Shown piece by piece: positions 7,712 through 13,897 of a stretch of DNA of 16,249 bases. The notes under the pieces were generated by a model that had not been told where the DNA came from, did no database searches, and saw only the letters and a program-made list of their open reading frames with translations. Both the position numbers and the translations under genes were made by a program. The stretch is from an uncultured delta proteobacterium (GTDB lineage Bacteria > Myxococcota > Myxococcia > Myxococcales > Anaeromyxobacteraceae): the NCBI GenBank assembly GCA_963828255.1, contig CAWHDZ010000039.1:1-16249 (forward strand), given 5' to 3'. The first letter of the stretch is position 1; every line of letters begins with the position of its first letter.

Positions 7712-8785
7712 GTGTACTGGCTTTCGGCCACCTCCTCGGCTCCGCGAAGGGTCGGCCCGGCCGACGACCGGACCACCGCCGACGACGCGCTGCGCCGCAT
7801 CCGGTCGGGGGAATCCCTCCTCTACGGCGGCGACTTCCGGAACGCCCGGCAGCTCCTGGCCGCGCTGGGGCGCAGGCTCACCCCCCGGCCGCCCAAGGGC
7901 GCTCCGCCTGCCGAGGCCTTCCGCCGCGAGCGCCACCGGCGGCGCGAGGCGCATCTGCTGCTGAACCGGCTCCTCGTGCCGGTGGCCGCCGGCTGGCGGA
8001 TCCCCCTCCCCCGCGCCCCCGACGTGGCCGAGGCGCTCACCGCCGCGCTGGGGCCGGGACCGGACGGCGACGGGATGCTCCCGCTGCGCGAGCTCCTGGG
8101 CGCGGTGGGGGCGCAGGAGTGGAGGAAGAGCGGTGTCCCCGTGCCGTCGCTCGGCGCGCGGGTCCACCCGCACCACGGCGTCTTCGCGCCGGTGCGGGGC
8201 GAGTACGCCGGGCTGGTCGGATCGGCGCTGGCCGATCGCGACCTGGCCGGGAAGCTGGTCTTCGACGTGGGCACCGGGACCGGCGTCCTGGCCTTCCTGG
8301 CGGCGCGGCGCGGCGCCCGGGTCGTTGCGACCGACAGTGACCCGCGCGCGGTGGCCTGCGCACGGGAGAACGCCGGGCGGCTCGGGCTGGACGGACAGGT
8401 CGAGGTCCGGGAGGCCGACCTCTTCCCGCAGGGGCAGGCCGACCTGGTGCTCTGCAACCCGCCCTGGATCCCGGCCGACGCCCACACGCCGCTGGAGCGC
8501 GCGGTCTACGACCCGGGCGGCCGCTTCCTCTCGCGCTTCGTCGAGGGGCTGGCCGGCCACCTGGCCCCGGGCGGCGAGGGGTGGCTCGTGCTCTCCGACC
8601 TGGCCGAGCGGCTCGGGCTGCGGGAGCCGGGCGCGCTGGAAGCGGCCTTCGCGGCGGCCGGGCTGCGGCGGGTGGAGGCCCGGACCGCCCCCGCGATTCA
8701 CCCCCGGTCGAAGGATCGGGAGGACCCCCTGCACGAGGCGCGCGCCGGGGAGGTGACGACCCTGCACGTGCTGCGGACGGCCTAG
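7712..8785 (+). CDS. Class I SAM-dependent methyltransferase (HemK/methyltransferase-small-like, NPPW motif)
   Basis: GVFAP, motif I FDVGTGTGVLA and motif IV LCNPPW, with an N-terminal ADDRTTADDA...GDFRNARQLL segment. Start uncertain: GTG 7712 preferred because ATG 7652 and 7610 overlap the divergent gene. Confidence 0.85.
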   Translation: MYWLSATSSAPRRVGPADDRTTADDALRRIRSGESLLYGGDFRNARQLLAALGRRLTPRPPKGAPPAEAFRRERHRRREAHLLLNRLLVPVAAGWRIPLPRAPDVAEALTAALGPGPDGDGMLPLRELLGAVGAQEWRKSGVPVPSLGARVHPHHGVFAPVRGEYAGLVGSALADRDLAGKLVFDVGTGTGVLAFLAARRGARVVATDSDPRAVACARENAGRLGLDGQVEVREADLFPQGQADLVLCNPPWIPADAHTPLERAVYDPGGRFLSRFVEGLAGHLAPGGEGWLVLSDLAERLGLREPGALEAAFAAAGLRRVEARTAPAIHPRSKDREDPLHEARAGEVTTLHVLRTA

Positions 8786-8810
8786 CCGAGGTGTGGTACC
8801 CATTCCCGCC

Positions 8811-10118
8811 ATGGGTCACCTGGGCAAGCTGAAGGAGCAGTACCGGGATCTCGTCGGCCGGCTCGACGTGGGCACGGTGGCGCTCCCCGAGCCCACCGAC
8901 CCGGCCGCCTGGCAGGGATGGAAGGAGATCCTGGAGATCCTCTACACCCCCGACGAGGCCGCCCTGGCGGCGCGCCTGCCCTGGCGTCCCACCTCGCTCG
9001 AGAAGATCTCCCGCCTCCTGGGCATCCCGACCGGGGAGCTGGCCCCGCGGCTCGACGCCATGTGCGACAAGGGCGTGGTGATGGACCTCGTCCATCCCCG
9101 CACCGGGAAGGTCTCGTACCTGCTCTCGCCGCCGGTGGTGGGCTTCTTCGAGTACTCGCTCATGCGGGCCAAGGACTCCATCCCCAAGAAGCGCATGGCC
9201 GAGGCGCTCCGGGCCTACACCCACGGTGACGAAGCCTTCGCCCGGGAGGCGCTGGGGCGCGACACGGTGATCGGGCGCGCCCTGGTCCACGAGACCTCCC
9301 TCTCCGACGATCCGCTGCCCGACGTCCTCGACTGGGAGCGGGCCACCCACGTGGTGGGCGAGGCCCGGGCCTGGGCGGTCTCCCTCTGCTACTGCCGCCA
9401 CAAGCAGGAGCACCTGGGGCAGGCCTGCGACGCTCCCATGGACGTGTGCCTGACGCTCAACGGCGGCGCCGAGTTCGTCACCCGGCGCGGCTTCGGGCGC
9501 GCGGTGGAGCGGTCGGAGGCCCTGGACATCCTCACGGCCTCCCGCGAGAAGGGGCTCGTCCAGATCGCCGACAACGTCCAGGACCGCCCCACCTTCGTCT
9601 GCAACTGCTGCGGCTGCTGCTGCGAGCAGCTCCAGGCCGCCAACCGCTGGGGGCTTCGCGCGGTGAACGGCAGCGGCTTCGCCCCGCGCTCCGACGCGGA
9701 GCGCTGCAGCGGCTGCTCCCGCTGCGCCCGGGCCTGCCCGGTGGCCGCGGTGGAGATGGTCCCGGCGCGCCGGGTGGCCGACCGGAAGAACGCGCTGGCC
9801 CCCCGCTTCGACCTCGACACCTGCATCGGCTGCGGCGTCTGCGCCACCGCCTGCCACAAGGGGGCGCTGGGCATGGAGCGGGGCGGGGAGCGCCGCCCGG
9901 TGCCGGTGAACTCCGTCGAGAAGGCGGTGCGGCAGGCGCTCGAGCGCAACCGGCTCGCCGAGCTCCTCTTCGACGGCGGCGAGGGGCTGGGCAACCGCTT
10001 CCTCCGGTCGGCCACCCGCGCCCTCACGTCCCTTCCCCCGGCGAAGCAGCTGCTCGCCTCCGAGCAGGTCCGCTCCCGGTTCGTCCGGGCCGCCATGGCC
10101 CGGTTCCGGGAGGGCTGA
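8811..10118 (+). CDS. Cys-rich 4Fe-4S dicluster domain protein with a putative N-terminal winged-helix-like region, 435 aa
   Basis: Two ferredoxin motifs, CSGCSRCARACP (from 9705) and CIGCGVCATACH (from 9822), plus CYCRH...AC...VC and CNCCGCCC (9600-9623); 19 Cys in total. An alternative GTG start lies at 8793. Confidence 0.87.
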   Translation: MGHLGKLKEQYRDLVGRLDVGTVALPEPTDPAAWQGWKEILEILYTPDEAALAARLPWRPTSLEKISRLLGIPTGELAPRLDAMCDKGVVMDLVHPRTGKVSYLLSPPVVGFFEYSLMRAKDSIPKKRMAEALRAYTHGDEAFAREALGRDTVIGRALVHETSLSDDPLPDVLDWERATHVVGEARAWAVSLCYCRHKQEHLGQACDAPMDVCLTLNGGAEFVTRRGFGRAVERSEALDILTASREKGLVQIADNVQDRPTFVCNCCGCCCEQLQAANRWGLRAVNGSGFAPRSDAERCSGCSRCARACPVAAVEMVPARRVADRKNALAPRFDLDTCIGCGVCATACHKGALGMERGGERRPVPVNSVEKAVRQALERNRLAELLFDGGEGLGNRFLRSATRALTSLPPAKQLLASEQVRSRFVRAAMARFREG

Positions 10119-10142
10119 CTCAGGATCCCGGAGCGCTCCCGC

Positions 10143-12689
10143 ATGCCCTCCCGCCCGACCGCGCTCCTCGCCGCCCTGCTCGTCGCGATCGTGCCGGCCG
10201 CTCCCCGGGCCGGGCCCCCCGTGCCGGCGGAGCCGCGCCGGACGGTGGTGGTGCTCCACTCCATCTCGCAGGAGGTGGCCGGCCTGCGAGAGCTCGCGGT
10301 CGCGCTCACCGACGGCCTGCAGCGGGGCTCCCCGGACCCCCTCGACATCTACTCGGAGTACACGGGGCTCGACCGCTTCTCCGGGACCGCCTACGAGGAT
10401 GCGCTCCTCGCGCTCTACCGCGAGAAGTACCGCAACCGGAAGGTGGACCTGCTCGTCGTGGTCGGCCCCGACGCGCTCGATTTCGTGACCAGGCGGGACT
10501 TCCTGCCCGGCGTCCCGGTCGTCACGAGCTACGTGGTGGGGAGGGTCGTCGACGAGGCCCGGCGGGTCCGCCCGGAGCTCACCGGCGCGCTGCCGGCGCA
10601 GAATGCGCCCCGGACCCTCGAGCTCATGCTGGCCATGTACCCGGCCACGCGCCGCATCGACGTGGTCCTCGGGGCGAGCGACTACGAACGCAGGCAGGCC
10701 GAGGTGGGGCGGCGCATCTTCTCCGGCTTCGCGAAGGGGGTGGAGCTCGTCTTCCTGACCGACCTCTCGCTCGAGCAGATCGAGACGCGCGTGGCCGCGC
10801 TTCCCGACGACGTGCTCGTGCTCTACGCGAGCCTCCTGCAGGACGCCTCCGGGCGCGACTTCACCTCGAACCTGCCGGTCGAGCGGGTCTCGGCCGCGAG
10901 CCGGCGCCCGCTCTTCGGCCTCATCCACGAGGACATGGGGTCGGGCATCCTGGGCGGGGAGCTCGTCTCCATGGAGGCCTCCGGGAAGGTGGCCGCCGAA
11001 CTCGGTCTTCGGGTCTTGCGGGGCGAGGCCCCGGCCTCCATCCCGCTCGTCCCCGACGCCGGGCTCTCCCCCATGTTCGACTGGCGCCAGATGGAGCGGT
11101 GGGGCATCGCCGAGCGCAGCTTGCCGCCCGGCAGCCTGGTGCTCTTCCGGACACCCACCATCTGGCAGGAGCACGGGCGGACCATCCGGATCGGGCTCGG
11201 CGTCATCGCGCTCGAGACGCTGCTCGTGGCGGGGCTGGTGCTCCAGCTGCGGCGGCGACGACGCGCCGAGCGGGAGCTCGCCCGTGCCGAGACCCGCTAC
11301 CGCACGGTGGCCGACTTCACACACGACTGGGAGTTCTGGCAGCATCCCGACGGCCGGTTCGAGTACGTATCGCCGGCCTGCGAGCGGCTCTGCGGCCATC
11401 CCCCCTCCGACTTCCTCGACCCCGGCCTGCTCGAGCGGCTCGTGCACGAGGACGACCGCGCCGCCTGGCGCGCCTACCAGTCCGCGGTGCTCTCCGGCGA
11501 ACACCGGCCCCCCATCGAGTTCCGCATCCGCACGCGCACGGGCGACGTCCTCTGGGTACGCCAGGCGAACAACCCGGTCAGCCTCGAGTCGGGCCTCGCG
11601 GCCGGAACCCGGGGCAGCATCGGCGACGTGAACGCGCGCAAGCTGGGGGAGCTCGCGCTCCAGAAGGCCTACGAGGAGATCGGCGCGCTGAAGGACGAGC
11701 TCGAGGCGGAGAACACCTACTACCGCGAGAAGATCCAGGCGGTGGAGGGTTCGAGCCAGCTGCTCGGGCAGAGCGATCCGATGAAGTACCTGCTCTACCG
11801 GATCCGGCAGGTCGCGCCCTCCGCCACCACTGTGCTCATCCAGGGCGAGACCGGGACCGGGAAGGAGCTCGTGGCGGAGGCCATCCACGCGCTCGGGCCG
11901 CGGAAGGACCAGGCGCTCGTGAAGGTGAACTGCGCGGCGCTGCCCCCGAGCCTGGCCGAGAGCGAGCTCTTCGGCCACGAGAAGGGTGCCTTCACCGGCG
12001 CCCTCTCCCAGCGCAAGGGGCGCTTCGAGCTGGCCGACGGGGCCACCCTCTTCCTCGACGAGGTGGGCGAGCTGTCGCCCGAGCTGCAGGCGAAGCTCCT
12101 CCGGGTCCTCCAGGACGGGAGCTTCCAGCGGGTGGGCGGGCAGCGGACCCTGAAGGCGGACGTGCGGGTCATCGCAGCGACGAACCGCAATCTCTCCAAG
12201 GACGTCGCCGCCGGCCGCTTCCGCGAGGACCTCTGGTACCGGCTGAACGTCTTCCCCATCAGCGTGCCGCCGCTCCGGCAGCGCAAGGACGACATCCCCA
12301 CCCTGGCCCAGGCCTTCGTGCAGCGAACCTGCCAGCGCCTGGGTCGCCCCGTCCTCGAGCTGCCCCAGTCGGTGGTCCAGGCGCTTCAGGCACGGGACTG
12401 GCCCGGCAACGTCCGGGAGCTGCAGAACGTGATCGAGCAGGCGGTCCTGGTCTCGGACGGGCCCCTTCTCCGGCTGAGCGAGCACGTGAAGCTCGAGCCG
12501 GCGGGAGCCAGCTCCGGGGCCGCCTCGCCCCAGTGGCTCGAGGACGTGGAACGGAAGCACATCCTCGAGGTGCTCCAGGCGACCGCGTGGAAGCTGGAGG
12601 GGCGCGAGGGAGCGGCGGCCGTCCTGGGGCTCAAGCCCAGCACGCTGCGGTCCCGGATGCATAAGCTCGATATCCGGCGCCCCGAATAG
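10143..12689 (+). CDS. Membrane-anchored sigma54-dependent transcriptional activator (signal peptide, extracytoplasmic binding-protein-like sensor, TM, PAS, AAA+, Fis-type HTH), 848 aa
   Basis: Signal-like MPSRPTALLAALLVAIVPAAPRA. TM IGLGVIALETLLVAGLVLQL (11190-11249) followed by RRRRR. PAS features (YVSPACERLCG, VHEDDR, EFRIRTRTGDVLWV). Walker A GETGTGKE (11844-11867), ESELFGHEKGAFTGA, Walker B LFLDEVGEL, FREDLWYRLNVFPI, WPGNVRELQNVIE, and FhlA-type HTH GAAAVLGLKPSTLRSRM. Confidence 0.93.
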   Translation: MPSRPTALLAALLVAIVPAAPRAGPPVPAEPRRTVVVLHSISQEVAGLRELAVALTDGLQRGSPDPLDIYSEYTGLDRFSGTAYEDALLALYREKYRNRKVDLLVVVGPDALDFVTRRDFLPGVPVVTSYVVGRVVDEARRVRPELTGALPAQNAPRTLELMLAMYPATRRIDVVLGASDYERRQAEVGRRIFSGFAKGVELVFLTDLSLEQIETRVAALPDDVLVLYASLLQDASGRDFTSNLPVERVSAASRRPLFGLIHEDMGSGILGGELVSMEASGKVAAELGLRVLRGEAPASIPLVPDAGLSPMFDWRQMERWGIAERSLPPGSLVLFRTPTIWQEHGRTIRIGLGVIALETLLVAGLVLQLRRRRRAERELARAETRYRTVADFTHDWEFWQHPDGRFEYVSPACERLCGHPPSDFLDPGLLERLVHEDDRAAWRAYQSAVLSGEHRPPIEFRIRTRTGDVLWVRQANNPVSLESGLAAGTRGSIGDVNARKLGELALQKAYEEIGALKDELEAENTYYREKIQAVEGSSQLLGQSDPMKYLLYRIRQVAPSATTVLIQGETGTGKELVAEAIHALGPRKDQALVKVNCAALPPSLAESELFGHEKGAFTGALSQRKGRFELADGATLFLDEVGELSPELQAKLLRVLQDGSFQRVGGQRTLKADVRVIAATNRNLSKDVAAGRFREDLWYRLNVFPISVPPLRQRKDDIPTLAQAFVQRTCQRLGRPVLELPQSVVQALQARDWPGNVRELQNVIEQAVLVSDGPLLRLSEHVKLEPAGASSGAASPQWLEDVERKHILEVLQATAWKLEGREGAAAVLGLKPSTLRSRMHKLDIRRPE

Positions 12690-12718
12690 GGCGCGAACCG
12701 CCTCACGCATCCCCGGAT

Positions 12719-12753
12719 CCCACGACATCCCGCGACCCACGACATTTCGTGGG
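12719..12753. promoter_or_regulatory. Candidate upstream activator sequence (enhancer) for the sigma54 promoter
   Basis: Direct repeat CCCACGACAT at 12719-12728 and 12736-12745. The second copy is part of the palindrome CCCACGA-catt-TCGTGGG (12736-12753), about 100-135 bp upstream of the -24 GG. Confidence 0.6.
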
Positions 12754-12812
12754 ATGGGTCCGGGTCCCTCGGTGCCCAAAAGGGCGCAGAGGCGCTGGCA
12801 CTAATCTAGGAA

Positions 12813-12828
12813 ATTCAATGGATTGACT
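12813..12828. promoter_or_regulatory. Candidate IHF binding site
   Basis: ATTCAAtggaTTG (+, 12813-12825) and AGTCAAtccaTTG (-) each match WATCAAnnnnTTR with one mismatch. The site lies in an AT-rich patch between the repeats and the -24/-12 box. Confidence 0.55.
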
Positions 12829-12852
12829 CCGCTCAGCGGCCACGGCGGCTCC

Positions 12853-12868
12853 TGGCGTCCTCCTTGCT
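12853..12868 (+). promoter_or_regulatory. Sigma54 (-24/-12) promoter
   Basis: TGGCGT-cctcc-TTGCT: GG at 12854-12855 and GC at 12866-12867 with exactly 10 nt between them. The predicted TSS near 12879 is just upstream of the AGGAG RBS (12888-12892). Confidence 0.8.
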
Positions 12869-12902
12869 CATGTGGGGCGCAGCGAGAAGGAGTTCCGCCC
12901 AG

Positions 12903-13235
12903 ATGATCCCGTCGAAGGCAGCCGCAGTGAAGGTCGTGACGTCGCTGCTGACCCCCGCGCCGGAGAAGCGCGAGGAGTTCCTCCAGACCCTTCGCTCCCT
13001 CCGGGGCGAGATCGAGCGCGCGCCCGGGTGCCGGCTCTGCGTCGTCTGCGGGGACGTCGACGGGGGCAACCACTTCGTCCTCATCAGCGAGTGGCGGGAC
13101 CAGGCCGCCCTGATGGCCCACATGGACTCCGATCACTTCCGCATCCTCGCCGGGGCCGCCCGGCTGCTCGGCGCCTCTGCCGAGTTCCGCTTCGTCACCT
13201 CCGACACGCCTTCCGCCGCCGCGTCTTCCCCGTGA
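12903..13235 (+). CDS. Antibiotic biosynthesis monooxygenase (ABM) / dimeric alpha-beta barrel family protein, 110 aa
   Basis: ATG 12903 with AGGAG 10 nt upstream. Pattern PEKREEFLQTL...APGCRL...FVLISEWRDQAALMAHMDSDHF is typical of the ABM fold. Confidence 0.82.
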   Translation: MIPSKAAAVKVVTSLLTPAPEKREEFLQTLRSLRGEIERAPGCRLCVVCGDVDGGNHFVLISEWRDQAALMAHMDSDHFRILAGAARLLGASAEFRFVTSDTPSAAASSP

Positions 13236-13252
13236 CCCCCAAGGAGCCCCGA

Positions 13253-13897
13253 ATGCCGAACCCCCGAAGCACCGCGAGAGCAGTCGCGTGGATGGCCAGC
13301 GCGCTGCTTCTCGCGCCGGCCACCGCCCACGCCACCACGGTGAGGAAGCAGATCAACGTCGTCGACCTGATCCAGGAGTCGGAGCTCATCATCCGCGGCC
13401 GCGTGAAGACGGTCACCGACGGCATCGACTCCCGCGGCATCCCCTACACCGAGGTCACCCTCGAGGTCGGCGAGGCCCTCAAGGGCAAGCCCGGATCCGA
13501 GTTCACCTTCCGTCAGTTCGGGCTCCTCGCCCCGAAGCGGATGGCCGACGGGCGCGTCAACCTCATGGTCACGCCGACCGCCTGGGCCACCTACATCCAG
13601 GGGGAGGAGTCGATCTTCTTCCTTCGCCAGCCGGCATCCCGCACCGGGCTCCGCACCACCGCGGGGCTCGCCCAGGGGCAGTTCCGCGTCAACGCGGCGG
13701 GCGCCACCAACGCACTCGACAACGCCGGGCTGTTCGAGCGCGTCGCCGTCGACCCGGGCCTCCTCGGCGACGCCGAGAAGCGGGTGATGGCGACGACCCG
13801 CGGCACCGTGAACGCGCGGGTCTTCAGCTCGCTCGTCAAGCAGGCCGTCGACGGGAAGTGGATCGAGAACGGGAGGATGCGCCATGCGGATCGCTAG
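13253..13897 (+). CDS. Secreted hypothetical protein (Sec signal peptide; possible TIMP/NTR-like beta-barrel), 214 aa
   Basis: AAGGAG (13241-13246) 6 nt before ATG 13253. Signal peptide ending ALLLAPATAHA, then mature TTVRKQINVVDLIQESELIIRGRVKTV...YTEVTLEVGEALKG...GEESIFFL. The ORF-track start at 12872 is over-extended. Confidence 0.85.
   Translation: MPNPRSTARAVAWMASALLLAPATAHATTVRKQINVVDLIQESELIIRGRVKTVTDGIDSRGIPYTEVTLEVGEALKGKPGSEFTFRQFGLLAPKRMADGRVNLMVTPTAWATYIQGEESIFFLRQPASRTGLRTTAGLAQGQFRVNAAGATNALDNAGLFERVAVDPGLLGDAEKRVMATTRGTVNARVFSSLVKQAVDGKWIENGRMRHADR

Noticed and set aside
7610..7800. Head-to-head overlap of the methyltransferase and DUF475 ORFs, including a shared CATG (7651-7654) giving an in-frame ATG on both strands
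   Set aside because: Family-like sequence begins at MRANLKYF (minus) and near VYWLS (plus), so the extensions are most simply over-called starts.
7712..8785. Methyltransferase as a DNA methylase of a restriction or defence system, or as prmC
   Set aside because: NPPW is shared by many amine methyltransferases, there is no nuclease or specificity gene nearby, and there is no prfA context or PrmC-like N-terminus.
10130..10139. Palindrome GGAGCGCTCC over the activator RBS as a translational switch
   Set aside because: With a feasible loop only a 3-bp stem can form, which is too weak to support the claim.
12719..12745. CCCACGACAT repeat as a CRISPR remnant or IS end
   Set aside because: Only two 10-bp copies with a 7-bp gap, and no cas or transposase genes. 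The position fits an enhancer.
8037..12779. 1580-aa minus-strand ORF, and other long antisense or alternate-frame ORFs (509-2017, 6553-8340, 6575-8812, 9446-12664, 13836-16241)
   Set aside because: They overlap motif-supported genes and show no recognisable motifs. Long stop-free shadow frames are expected in high-GC coding DNA.
12796..12811. Second sigma54-like box TGGCAC-taatc-TAGGA
   Set aside because: The -24 half is perfect but the -12 reads TAGG instead of TTGC, and it abuts the IHF-like site. The box at 12853-12868 fits better. A weak secondary site cannot be excluded.
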